Notes: a model not told the origin generated them from the sequence alone. Shown: positions 43,571 through 57,069, numbered from the stretch's first letter. The stretch: 64,000 bases of DNA from Eledone cirrhosa (GCA_964016885.1 OZ024756.1:35526001-35590000); one strand, 5' to 3'. A program made the numbers and translations.

Positions 43571-43831
43571 CCCTATCTGATTGATTGCCTAAACACGAGA
43601 AGTGAATTTTTCACACGTTGTCCACACGTCACCAAACATCTATTGCATAACTACAAGGCTCCGGACTGATTCTTTGTAATTTTATTTTTAATTTTATTTT
43701 CAACCTAAAAACTTTCCGGACTTTCACAGTTATCTCCCTTACACCTCCCGCACGCAGTCTAGTATTGCCTGTGCGAAGTGACCGAGTTTCTGCGCATGCG
43801 CGTTCTTACAGTTGTCCTTCCTGTTCCTATA

Positions 43832-43889
43832 ACCATACACATCCCGAGCTGAAGATCCACGCAGGTGAAACAATTGTTCTCGGTATGGT
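43832..43889 (+). ncRNA. Type I hammerhead ribozyme
   Basis: accata..ccgag CTGAAGA tccacgcaggt GAAA caattg TT ctcgg tatggt. Confidence 0.8.
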
Positions 43890-43924
43890 GAACTAACTGT
43901 TGTGTAAGCACTTCTACACACATA

Positions 43925-43966
<42 letters not shown>

Positions 43967-44027
43967 ATTCGTTTTTGAATTTGTTTTGTGAGATTTCTTA
44001 TCTAAAAACGTGTGTTGAAATAGATAT

Positions 44028-44102
44028 TGTTATACTTTGGGAGGGTCATGTTGCCATTAAATGTGCATGTGTTTTTATTGGCAACATGACCCTCCCAACG
44101 TA

Positions 44103-44107
<5 letters not shown>
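44028..44107. mobile_element. 80-bp miniature inverted-repeat element; the same terminus recurs at 44760 (+) and 55388 (-)
   Basis: 28-bp arms gttatactttgggagggtcatgttgcca / tggcaacatgaccctcccaacgtataac. Confidence 0.6.
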
Positions 44108-44147
<40 letters not shown>

Positions 44148-44362
44148 TATTTACGTATCGAGAAAGAGAAAAAAAGGGGAGGTTATGTGATACATATAGT
44201 TATTTGCCAAGTAGCGTATGCCAAAGGTGCTCGATACTAGTGCCGGCAGTATTAAATATTCGAAGTGTTAATATTTAATGGGCTAGAGAGTTAGCAGAGC
44301 GTAAGCACGTGGGAAAGTAAAAAATCGGAGAATAGACCGTTAAAACATGTTTATTTAAAACA

Positions 44363-44402
44363 GCCCCTACGTACGTTTCGCCCAGTTGGGCTTCTCAAGG
44401 GC
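44363..44402 (-). ncRNA. Hammerhead ribozyme, U3-A8 core variant, in island ~44146-44418
   Basis: Reverse complement: gccc TTGAGAA gccc aact gggc GAAA cgtacg TA ggggc, then AATAAA. Confidence 0.75.
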
Positions 44403-44415
44403 ATAAATAATCAAA

Positions 44416-44450
<35 letters not shown>

Positions 44451-44642
44451 TAGTCCTTGTATAGGTTCAAAAATTGATATTTGGAATTTCATAGCACAGA
44501 TATAACGGTAACCCTATACACTTGACAGATTTCTTGTCAAGAAAGTCTCATTCAACCTTTAGTAGTATGGGTCGGATGTGATACCTTTGAGGCAGCTGTT
44601 TTTGTGGCCCGAATGCTTACCCATTCTTATTTTTAATTAAGG

Positions 44643-44673
<31 letters not shown>

Positions 44674-44706
44674 TTATATACTTATATATATATATTTATT
44701 TATATA

Positions 44707-44759
<53 letters not shown>

Positions 44760-45082
44760 TGTTATACTTGGGGAGGGTCATATTTGCGTAATATTGCCAG
44801 AATTAATAACAGAACACACTCACTGTTTGGTTGGTTTTCGCTTCTCGCTGTCTTTTATATCTACGATCTAACTTACTCGGTCCTCAATGTTGCCATTGAC
44901 TGACCGACGGTCAAAAATAATACAGATACAATATAGACACAAACACATATATATAGTTTACATAATTTACATAAATCTTTCGTTGCACATCTGCAACATC
45001 GTCAAGTATAACAATATCTGTTTCGACACACGATTTCATATAAAAAACCTCGCTAAACTAATTCATCGCCGCTATATATATA

Positions 45083-45170
<88 letters not shown>

Positions 45171-45553
45171 TATATATATTTATATACTTATATATATTGA
45201 TCATCTTCATAAAAGTAGTTAGCAGCAGGACATATTGTTTATATGGGACTTCAACAAGCCTCATTGCTTTCCTTTAATGGTATTGACATTATGATACATA
45301 GGGACAGAAAATAAACACACACGCACAAACACATGTTTACACATAGACACAGAAACGCTTACACACACACACATGTTTACACATAGACACAAAAATTCTC
45401 ATACACACACAGTCATGCTCACACACATGCACACACACACACATACACACAATATGGAGGACAAAAGACCTGTTAAACATGGAATATATCAAAGGAATAT
45501 ATATGAAATCTTCAATAACAATACATTCTCCTAAAGATTTACTTGACACACAA

Positions 45554-45584
<31 letters not shown>

Positions 45585-45637
45585 CATGCACACACACACA
45601 TATATACACACACATATACCTATATACACACACTTAC

Positions 45638-45668
<31 letters not shown>

Positions 45669-45900
45669 CACACACACAAAGATATACACCCATACATACA
45701 TACACACACACACATATATATACACACATACATACACATAGATATATATATATACATACACACACACGCACACACCTAGACTACATGAAATATTTATACG
45801 ACAGCAATTAAAGACATCAGATACAATAACAACTTGAAAGAAGAATAGCTAAACAATTGATTATGTGTGTGTGTGTGTAAGTGTGTGTGTGTGTGTGTGT

Positions 45901-45964
<64 letters not shown>

Positions 45965-46364
45965 TAGCAAAGTAGCCTGCCATTGCTGGGCAATTTTCAC
46001 CATAGAATGCCTTTCTTTCAATTTTTTTTTCTTCCATGTCTCCCCTGTGCCTCATCTCTCAGTATTTATTCCCCGTGACCTGTCCCCGTGAATCCTTAAT
46101 CATCCCCATGGTGTTTTCTATGGAAATTTACTCAGTAGAGATATACACACATACACTCTCAAGTATGTAGTATATTCTTAGAGGGTTCTAAACCCCACTA
46201 TCAGGCTAAAATTGCTTTAGTCAAAACATACGGTGAAAGCTTCTGTTTCTAATTTCAAATCGTTCGCTGTTTAAAAAGAATACTTACTTATAAAAATAGT
46301 CGTTTTGGAGGCTTCCAAAACGACTATTTTTCATTGCTTCAAGCAAACTTTAAACACTCTCTTA

Positions 46365-46526
46365 TTGGACGCCATGCTTTGCAGCAAAGAGTTATGGCTC
46401 TTTATGGTCTGAGTTTAAATCCCGCCGAAGTTAACTTTGCCTTTCATCCTTACCGGGTCGATAAAATAAAGCACCAGTAATACACTGGGATAATTGCTGG
46501 CCTTGTGCCAAAAGTAGAAACAATTA
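46365..46526 (+). mobile_element. Family-1 SINE, 5'-truncated
   Basis: Core and tail match the family. Confidence 0.85.
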
Positions 46527-47760
46527 TATATAGATATGTATATGTGTATATGGTTATATTTGTATGCATGTCTACATGTATGCATGTGTACATGTATGTA
46601 TGTGTACATGTATGTATGTATGTGTGCATGTTTGTTTGTATATGCCTGTGTTGTGTGTAAATGTATATATGTGTGCAGATGTGTGTGTACATGTATATGG
46701 TGTGTGCATACATGTATATATCTGTTTATACATGTAAATATGTGTGTGTGTCCATGCAAGTATTAGGAAATACAAGATGGTGACTCAAAGAATCTGACAG
46801 ATCTGGAGACATCTGTAGAGGAGGTGGGACAACAGACATGTGAGTAGTGGGACAACAGCCAGGGAGATGGGGATGGTGGACGAGGGTGACAACAGACCTG
46901 CTGGTGTAGGGGGACAGTTTAGATGGAGGAGGGAGGGTGGAGACAGCTTTGATGCAGGTAGGGGGAGGCAACAGACACGTTGACATTTGGCCTGAAATGC
47001 CAGAGGTGGAAGTGTGTGATATCAGATGTCATGAGTTGTATTGATTGTTGTAGAGTAGTGACAGGTTCAAACCTCAATACTGACCTTTTAACACCACCAC
47101 CACCACCCTCACAACCACCACCACCACCACCACCCACCACCACAACCATAACCCCTAACCACCAACACCACCATCACAACCAACACCACAACCACCACAA
47201 CCAAAACCCCTAACCACCAACACCAACAGCACCACCACAACCACCACCACCACCATCACAACCAACACCACAACCACCACAACCATAACCCCTAACCACC
47301 AACACCAACAGCACCACCACAACCACCACCACCACCATCACAACCACCACCACCACCATCACAACCAAAACCCCTAACCACCAACAACAACCACAACACT
47401 ACCACCAACAACAACAACAATAACACCAACAACAGCATCACCACAACAACAATAACAATGACAACACCACCACCATCACCACAATCACCACAATCACCCC
47501 TAACCACCACCAACAACAACAACAACCACAACACCACCACCACAACCAACAACACCAGCAGCATCACCACAATGGCATCACCGCCACCATCACCACCATG
47601 GTTGTGCTGGGGGTGATGGTGGTGGTGGTGGTGGTGTTGTGGTGGTGGTGTTGTTGTTGTTGTTGGTGGTATTAGTGTTGGCAGTGGTGGTGTTGATGTT
47701 GGTGGTGGAGGATCAGGGGGAGGAGATGTTTAGTGTGTAATATATATGTTGAAATATGTT

Positions 47761-47989
47761 TTAACCCTTTAACATTTAAACCAACCATATCCGGCCAGAA
47801 TTCTCTCACCTCCTTCTGTTCAAACCGGCTGTAACTGGCCGCTCATACTGATGTTAAGGTATTGTTCTCAAAATAAATAACATCGAAAGTTCATAGATTC
47901 GATATTATGTGAAATAATTAACTGAGATAAAGCTTTTACCACAAAAATACAATAGTAAATATGGAGTAATGGAAATGGTAACATGTTAA
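47761..47989. mobile_element. piggyBac-like MITE
   Basis: TTAA-cccttta; body matches; right TIR decayed. Confidence 0.8.
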
Positions 47990-48646
47990 ACTCTCTCGCA
48001 TGGTGGTTTGTCCAGGATCTTTGTGGCTGTGTCAAAACTGATGGAGATCCATTGCCCTCCAGTTGTTGATCTTTACATCTTGAGTTGAGTTGTGGGGGTG
48101 GGGCGGGGCGGGGGGTGTATTGTTGAGGGTTTTGTGGCTGGTGTGGTGGTGGTGTGGTGAGGAAAGGTGGTGAAGATGGGACGGAGTGGTGGTAAGGGTT
48201 TTGTGGGTGATGTGGTGTGGTGGTGGTGGTGGTGTATTGTAGAAAAGACGGTGGTGGTGGTGGTGGTGGTGGTGAGAGGGGATGGAATGAGGGTGGTGGT
48301 GGTGGTGGGGGTGTGAGTAAAAATATTATTAAGGGAGAGACATGTAAATAAGTTACTGGGGTGAGGGCTAAGAGAAAACATTAAGAAGTGTAGTGGTAAG
48401 AGTAGTAGAAATAAAGGTGGTGGCAGTGGTGGGTGTTGTAAGAAAGAGGAGTGGCAGAATGAGTGAAATAAAGACAAGATAGATCATAGATCAATGCTCA
48501 CAGATCAATAATCAATCATTCTTCAGTAACGGTGGACATTTGTATACAGCTTGCTTAATCTAATTATTTCTGGTAAATTTAAGGAACTTTCATTTCTCTC
48601 TCTATATATATGTATGTATGTATGCATATGTATATATATATATATG

Positions 48647-48688
<42 letters not shown>

Positions 48689-49001
48689 CATATATATATA
48701 TATATATATGTATGCATATATATGCATGAATGTCTGTGTATGAATGTAATGTCTGTATGTAGTTCTCTATGTATTATTTATGTAGGTGTGTGTATATGTG
48801 TATTTATGTATGTGTGTGTATATGTGTATATATGTGTGTGTATGTGTATTTATGTATGTGTGTGTATGTGTGTGTATGTGTATTTATGTATGTGTGTATA
48901 TGTGTGTGTATGTGTGTGTATGTGTATTTATGTATGTACATCTCTCAATCTCAGTCTTTCTCTCAGCATTGGAAAGAAACATTTCTCCACATTTACATAC
49001 T

Positions 49002-49081
<80 letters not shown>

Positions 49082-49246
49082 GCACACACACACACACACA
49101 CACATATAGATATATAGATATATATATATATGTATATATATGTATATATATATAGTATATATGTATGTATTTTCTACTATAAGGTTTCCTTAAAGAACTG
49201 TGAAGCAGCATAAAGTTAAATATTAGCTGAAGGATAAAAAAAAATC

Positions 49247-49714
49247 AATAACAACAATGACAGCAACAACAACAGCAATAACAACAACACCAGCAACAAC
49301 AATGACAATAACAACAACAATAACAATAATAACAACAACAATAACAACAATGGCAGCAACAACAACGACAATAACAACAACAACAATGACAGCAACAACA
49401 ACAACACCAGCAACAACAATGACAATAACAACAACAACAACAATGACAGCAACAACAACAACACCACCAACAACAATGACAATAACAACAACAACAACAA
49501 TAACAACAATGACAGCAACAACAACAACAATAACAGCAACAATAATGACAGCAACAACAACAACGAGGACAACACCAACAATGACAATAACAACAACAAC
49601 AACGACAATAACAATAACAATAACAACAACGACAATAACAACAACAACAACAATAACAACAACAACAACACCAGCAAGAACGACGAGGACAGCAACAACA
49701 ACAACAACAACAAT

Positions 49715-49750
<36 letters not shown>

Positions 49751-49810
49751 AACAGCAACAACAATAACAACAACACCAGCAACAACAATAATAACAATAA
49801 TGACAATAAT
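49247..49810. repeat. (AAC/AAT)n trinucleotide low-complexity tract
   Basis: Visible; source of the poly-T and poly-L ORFs. Confidence 0.9.
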
Positions 49811-49981
49811 TGTTATAATAAAAATGGTGGTTTTATTTTATTGGCCTCTGGGGTGCAAGAATTTAGGGGCAATAGAAGGACGAAAAGCAAGACAGAGTAG
49901 GGGGTACATCAGGTAAAAGGAAAGGTTACATCAATAAAGGGAAAACAGTAGGTGTACAAAAAAAAGGATTATATATATATA

Positions 49982-50468
49982 TCATCATCATCATCATCAT
50001 CAACGTTTAACGTCCGTGTTCCACGCTTGCATGGGTTTGGACGGGGGTAGTCCCACTTGAGGCAAGAGTGATTGTCTTGCTCGCATAGGACTGTCTGGCA
50101 GGTTTTCTACAGTTGGATGCCCTTCCTAACACCAACCACATTTACAGTGTGGGGCTGGGAGGTTTTTACCGTGTTGCCTACACGGCCACATTACAGCGTG
50201 GACTGTGTGTTTTTTTGTCGTGACACCTACACGATCTCATTTGTTTCGGCCTGGATGGCGCGGCACCAACATAACTTTACATAGGACGGGGTGGTGTGGA
50301 TGGGTGGGGGTGGTGGCGGGACGGGGTGTATTTTGTTAGAGATGCCTACTGGCAAGGCGGGTCTTCTCTGTTACTGAGTACCGCCAAAGGTCTCGGTCCA
50401 GTGACATTGTCTTGGAGAGGTGTAAGTGTGTGAGGTCGGAGTTTATCAGCTCGTCCCAGGTTTTTCTC
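49982..50468 (-). mobile_element. Second, shorter copy of the RTE LINE 3' end
   Basis: Colinear with 18935-19440. Confidence 0.88.
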
Positions 50469-50489
50469 TATATATATATATATATATAT

Positions 50490-50726
50490 CCAGGGGTGTA
50501 ACTAGGAGTTACTGCAGGTTCACCCGGGAGAGCACTCGATGTCTAGGTTCACTTCTGTGATGAGGTGTAGAGCTATACAGAGTGTAATATATTGAAAGGA
50601 TAACAAGGACGATTGATTACTCCTTCATTGCAGTTATTGGTTGGTGACACGTGTTTCACCACTGATCAGCTCAAGGTTCGATCTGTATCGATCCTACCCA
50701 ACTCAATGATCGGCGGCTCAATGGAC

Positions 50727-50729
<3 letters not shown>
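50490..50729 (-). mobile_element. Decayed hammerhead mini-element within (TA)n
   Basis: Reverse complement: gggt CCATTGA gccgccgatca..tgatcagtggt GAAA cacgtg TC acca; tail has the ACTC/GAGT hairpin. Confidence 0.55.
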
Positions 50730-50804
<75 letters not shown>

Positions 50805-50806
<2 letters not shown>

Positions 50807-51035
50807 TCTTTACTCTTTTACCTGTTCCAGCCATCTGGCTGAGGCCATGCTGGGGCACCACCCTTGTTTCTACACATTCTATCTCCAGCCTGTGTTGGCT
50901 GGCCATTGGTGTAAGAGAGAGTTCATTGCTGCTGCCCTTAGGTTACCTTCATACCATGCTGTGGGCTCATCTGGAATCCTGGATAGCAGGGTGTTGAGAT
51001 GTTTCTTGAAAGCATCCACCTCCACACCAATACGT
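50805..51035 (-). mobile_element. CR1/L2-group LINE 3' end, copy 2
   Basis: [22 protein letters not shown]...RAAAMNSLLHQW; colinear with 3189-3420. Confidence 0.75.
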
Positions 51036-51137
51036 GCTTTCTTTCTCTCATTTTTCCCCCTCTTTTCCTCTTTTCCATCTGTCTTCTTTTTTCTTCTCTC
51101 ACCCAAACAACCTCTCTTTTTTTTTCTTCTCTCTCAT

Positions 51138-51173
51138 TCATCCGATGAAGGGTTAGCATCCGAAACATTGTGA
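51138..51173 (+). ncRNA. Hammerhead ribozyme with one core substitution
   Basis: tcat CCGATGA a gggt tagc atcc GAAA ca TT gtga. Confidence 0.55.
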
Positions 51174-51244
51174 TTCTGCTCTAACTTTTTATAAGTTTTA
51201 TAATACTAATATAGCATTATGGTATTGCATTTTTTCATTGCATC

Positions 51245-51283
<39 letters not shown>

Positions 51284-51349
51284 GTCTAACCCATGCTAGC
51301 GTGGAAAACGGACGTTAAACGAAAATGATGATGATGATGATACATATTC

Positions 51350-51382
<33 letters not shown>

Positions 51383-51673
51383 AATATGTATGTATATATT
51401 GAGATTCCCTTTGGAATATTCAACATCGAAGCTAACAAAAGATCCATTAAATCTTTTATTACTTGTATATATAAATATATACTTGTATCTATAAATATAA
51501 TAACATGCATCCATACATACATATATACATACATATGTATAGATAATTTACTTATATATATGTGTGTATGCATGTGCATGCGTGTGTGTGTGTATGTATA
51601 TATATATATACATGTATCCACATATTCGCATATATATATATTCATATACACTCATGTATACATACATATATAT

Positions 51674-51704
<31 letters not shown>

Positions 51705-51769
51705 TTATATATAAACATGCAAATATATATATATGTATGTATAGATATATAGATATATATGTGTGTATA

Positions 51770-51811
<42 letters not shown>

Positions 51812-51911
51812 TATACATATATATATATATATATATGTATGTGTATACATATGTGTGTATATATGTATATATATATATGTATGTGTATACATATGTGTGT
51901 GTGTGTATATG

Positions 51912-51962
<51 letters not shown>

Positions 51963-52190
51963 ATATATATGTGTGTATGTGTATATATGTATATATATTA
52001 TATACCCCAGTTGTAAGTGTATTGAACAGAGTTACAACAAGTAAATGTATGACAAACCAGATATTCCAGTGATCAGATCTCAATGAATTATTGATACCAC
52101 ATACTACTAAACTATACACAACACCAACTCTGGCAACAATCAATACATTTATACCTACAATCAGTGTTACTTTTATTATTATCACTATTA

Positions 52191-53211
52191 ATAATTGTTT
52201 CTAATTTTGGCACAAGGCCAGCAAATATCTCAGTGCATTACTGGTACTTTATTTGTCAGAAAGCCAGCAATATCTCAGTGCATTACTGGTACTTTATTTG
52301 TCAGAAAGCCAGCAATATCTCAGTGCATTACTGGTACTTTATTTGTCATAAGGCCAGCAATTATCCCAGTACATTACTGGTTCTTTATTTGTCATAAGGC
52401 CAGCAATTATCCCAGTACATTACTGGTTCTTTATTTGTCATAAGGCCAGCAATTATCTCAGTACATTACTGGTTCTTTATTTGTCAGAAAGCCAGCAATA
52501 TCTCAGTGCATTACTGGTACTTTATTTGTCATAAGGCCAGCAATTATCCCAGTACATTACTGGTTCTTTATTTGTCATAAGGCCAGCAATTATCCCAGTA
52601 CATTACTGGTTCTTTATTTGTCAGAAAGCCAGCAATTATTCCAGTACATTACTGGTACTTTATTTGTCACAAGGCCAGCAATTATTCCAGTGCATTACTG
52701 GTACTTTATTTGTCAGAAAGCCAGCAATATCCCAGTGCATTATTGGTACTTTATTTGTCACAAGGCCAGCAATTATCTCAGTACATTACTGGTACTTTAT
52801 TTGTCACAAGGCCAGCAATTATCCCAGTACATTACTGGTACTTTATTTGTCAGAAAGCCAGCAATATCCCAGTACATTACTGGTTCTTTATTTGTCAGAA
52901 AGCCAGCAATTATTCCAGTACATTACTGGTACTTTATTTGTCACAAGGCCAGCAATTATCCCAGTACATTACTGGTACTTTATTGTCACAAGGCCAGCAA
53001 TTATTCCAGTACATTACTGGTACTTTATTTGTCACAAGGCCAGCAATTATCCCAGTACATTACTGGTACTTTATTTGTCACAAGGGCAGCAATTATCCCA
53101 GTGTATTACTGGTACTTTATTTTATCGACCCTGTAACGATGAAAGGCAAAGTTGACCTCGGCGGGATTTGAACTCAGAATGGAAAGGGCCATAACTCTAT
53201 GCGTCAAAGCA
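52191..53211 (-). mobile_element. Family-1 SINE whose 3' ~46 bp is tandemly amplified ~20 times
   Basis: Unit gtcacaaggccagcaattatcccagtacattactggtactttattt lies between the SINE tail (52191) and the SINE core (53120-53211). Confidence 0.9.
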
Positions 53212-53389
53212 TATATATATATATAATATGCTAACATATGCAATATGTTACATTAGTCATATCTGATATGTAATGGAATATCTGCATCTATTGTGGAATA
53301 TAGTGAAAGATGAACAAGTTGTGTTGATGATGTATTTCAGTCTATAGCATCTGAATATATTGATTAGTGCCTGTTGTCTATATATATAT

Positions 53390-53619
53390 ATAATATAAGA
53401 TCAAAAGATGGTTAAAGGAGTTCCATGTATTTTATTATGCGCATTTCAAAATATTATTGCATGATGATGTTTGTTTTTGAAATGCGCATAATAAAATACA
53501 TGGAACTCCTTTAACCATCTTTTGATCTTATATTATGCATACTCCAGTCCTACAAACTGTAGAGTGCTTCTTATCCGATATCTGCATTGCTTTATTGTAC
53601 TACAATAAAACTCACCTCC

Positions 53620-53622
<3 letters not shown>
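53390..53622 (+). mobile_element. Fold-back mini-element (62-bp arms 53390-53451/53475-53536) with the 3' half of a hammerhead
   Basis: GAAA tgcgca TA ataaaa on each arm; tail hairpin at 53541-53565. Confidence 0.7.
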
Positions 53623-53661
<39 letters not shown>

Positions 53662-53666
53662 TATAT

Positions 53667-54251
53667 GGTCTTTAAAGCGATGAAATACCAATGAAGGCTG
53701 GAAGATCACTGATGAAGGACTAAATTTATTCATATGTAACCCATTTGCAACCACGCAGCACGCCATGTTTTCATATTTTTCATATATTTATATATTTTCC
53801 TCCGCTGTGACCCGTCTGTTTCTTTCTTACTGCTTCCCCTTTCTCCGTATCTCTCACTTCCTTGTACCCCCCTCTGCCTGTCACTCTCTCTGTTAGCCTG
53901 TTCCTCACACTTTCACTCACTCACTCTCTGCTACTCCCTCTCCTACTTCCTCCCGTTTGACCTGTGCGAAATTCTTTCCTTACTCACATTTCGACCAGGT
54001 CGGATGGTCTTTATTCTCTCTCGTCTACGATTTCACAGAACTTATGTTCATGGATTTCAGGGACTTGACTTCTTCTTCCTCACTTTTCGTTGCATTACCA
54101 TCTTTGTTTGTTTGCTGTCTCGCTCGTTCCCCCTATTTACGTGTCCCAACGACTTTCCTTAGCCGTTGCTCGCACCAACCGGAGGTATGGTCTTTAAAGC
54201 GATGAAATACCAATGAAGGCTGGAAGATCACTGATGAATTTATTCATATGT

Positions 54252-54252
<1 letters not shown>
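53667..54252 (+). mobile_element. ~585-bp element with ~65-bp terminal direct repeats (period 522) within (TA)n
   Basis: ggtctttaaagcgatgaaataccaatgaaggctggaagatcactgatgaa at 53667 and 54189. Confidence 0.65.
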
Positions 54253-54322
<70 letters not shown>

Positions 54323-54354
54323 TACACGGGTGTGTATGATTGTGTATAGAAGAT

Positions 54355-54598
54355 TATATTAATAAAAGGAATTCCAACTTTGTCTGATTTACTCGTTTTA
54401 TTTACAATCCTTTAAAATTATAATGATATTATAATGAAATAGTATGGTAGAATATTAATTGTTAAGTGTTAATTGTTCAATTAACACTTAACAGTTAATA
54501 TTCTACCATACTATTTCATTATAATATCATTATAATTTTAAAGGATTGTAAATAAAACGAGTAAATCAGACAAAGTTGGAATTCCTTTTATTAATATA
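54355..54598. repeat. Near-perfect palindrome, 121-bp arms with a 2-nt spacer
   Basis: 54355-54475 versus 54478-54598, one mismatch. Confidence 0.92.
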
Positions 54599-54787
54599 TA
54601 TATATATATATTTATGGTTTGTCCCATTTAGAGGCAAGTTAGGTCGAGTGACTGTGTCTCGCCCATATAGGACTGTTTCTGGCTGGTTTTCTATGGCTGG
54701 ATGCCCTTCCTAACGCCAACCAGATTGACAGTGTATGCTGGTTGCTTTTTGCCATGTTTTTACGCGTCCACTTTACAGTGCAGGCTG

Positions 54788-54834
<47 letters not shown>

Positions 54835-54836
<2 letters not shown>

Positions 54837-55030
54837 CGAAGGAAATGTGGTAAGGAACCAGGTGGACCATAACGCACCAAAGTACTCAATACTTGGGGTA
54901 GTAGAGTGGGTAATAGGAACCAGTAAGACCCCGACGGCTGAGCTCAAGCCGTTTCGACGGCTAATTCTAGACGTTGTCTAGAATTAGCCGTCGAAACGGC
55001 TTGAGCTCAGCCGTCGGGGTCTTACTGGTT

Positions 55031-55034
<4 letters not shown>
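54835..55034 (-). mobile_element. Family H fold-back element (perfect 59-bp arms 54914-54972/54976-55034)
   Basis: Near-identical to the reverse complement of 19997-20203. Confidence 0.8.
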
Positions 55035-55110
<76 letters not shown>

Positions 55111-55164
55111 GTGTTCTGTTATTAATTCTGGCAATATTATTACACAAATATTATTACACAAATA

Positions 55165-55350
55165 GGGCGATGGATTGGCAGTATTGGTGGAGGGTCGGAC
55201 GCCATGCTTTGACGCATAGAGTTACGGCCCTTGCCATTCTGAGTTCAAATCCCGCCGAGGTTGACTTTGCCTTTCATCCTTACGGGGTCGATAAAATAAA
55301 GTACCAGTAATGCACTGGGTAATTGCTGGCCTTGTGCCAAACGTAGAAAC
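55165..55350 (+). mobile_element. Family-1 SINE, full length, TSD attattacacaaat
   Basis: 14-bp direct repeats flank it; inserted into the TGTTATAC-terminus element. Confidence 0.9.
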
Positions 55351-56986
55351 AATTATTACACAAATGTGTCCCTCCCCAAGTATAACAATATATATATATA
55401 TATATATGCCCCAGCATGGCCTCAACTACTGTAACAATACTACAACTGTTACACATTGTAACACACTACAGCGCATTACTATGTAACACATCTGTAACAC
55501 ACTACAACACAACTGTTACATATATACAGGCACATGCTCACACTCATGCAGATGCACACATCCACACACAGAGAAACATATGCACACGTGTATACACACA
55601 CACACATAGAGAGACATAAACATACACACACACACATACACTCATACACACACACACACACATAAGAAAACCTCAACTCAGTTGTGGGAATGGCGTTACT
55701 ACTACTACTACCACTACCACCACCTCCACCACCACTACTACTACTACTACCACTACCACTACTACTACTACTACCACTACCACTACTACTACTACTACTA
55801 TTACTACCACTACTACTACCACCACCACCACCACCACCACCACCACTACCACTACTACTACTACTACCACTACCACCACCACCACCACCACCACTACCAC
55901 TACTACTACTACTACCACCACTACCACTACTACTACTACTATTACTACCACTACTACTACCACTACCACCACCACCTCCACTACCACCACCACTACCACC
56001 ACCACCACCACTGCTACTACTACTACTACTACATAATTACGTAAACAAAATAATTTTAGACAAATATGTCTACCAGCTAATTAATTACTAAAATTTCTTT
56101 CTGTGGTGGTGGTGGTGGTGGCGGCGGTGGTGGTCGTGGTGGCGGTAGTGGTTGTGGAGGTGGTGGTGGTGGTTATGGTGGTGGTGATGGTGGTGGTTGT
56201 GGAGGTGGTGGTGGAGGTGGTGGTGATGGTGGTGGTGGTTATGGTGGTGGTGATGGTAGTTGTGGTGGTGGTGGTGGTTATGATGGGAATGGTGAGGGTT
56301 GGGATGAGGGTGATGTTGATGATGATGTTGATGATGGTGGCGATGGTAATGATGGTGATGGTGATAGTTATGTTGGTGATGGTTATGATGGTGATGGTGA
56401 TGAGGGTGATGGTGATGGTGATGGTGATGGTTATGCTGATGGTGATGGTGATGGTGATGATGGTAGATAAAGTGTATACATTTAGTGAAGTGATGATGGC
56501 GATGGTAGGTATATATTTAGTCAAGCGCAATTTGTTGTATCAATCAATAAGAAGACATTTTTGGTTGTTTCCAAGGCAGGTTGTAATCTTTGCAGTTTCA
56601 TCTGTGTGTGTGTGTGTACATATGTGTGTGTGTGCGCGTGCGCGTGTGTGTATGTGTGTGCGTGTGTATATATGTAAGTGTGTGTATATATGTAAGTGTG
56701 TACGTGTATGCGTGTGCATGTGTATGTATGAGTATATGTGTGTGTGTGTGGTATGCATGTATGGGTGTGTGTATGTGTGCATGTATATGTGTGTGTATGT
56801 GTGTGTATGTATGTATGTGTGTGTATATATGTATGTGTATGTATGTGTGTGTGTAGATATGTATGTGTGTGCATTGTGTATATATGTATGTGTATGTGTG
56901 TGTGTAGATATGTATGTGTGTGTGTAGATATGTATGTGTGTGCATTGTGTATATATGTATGTGTGTACAATCTACTGTTTCACCTG

Positions 56987-57024
<38 letters not shown>

Positions 57025-57034
57025 ACTCTCTGTC

Positions 57035-57069
<35 letters not shown>

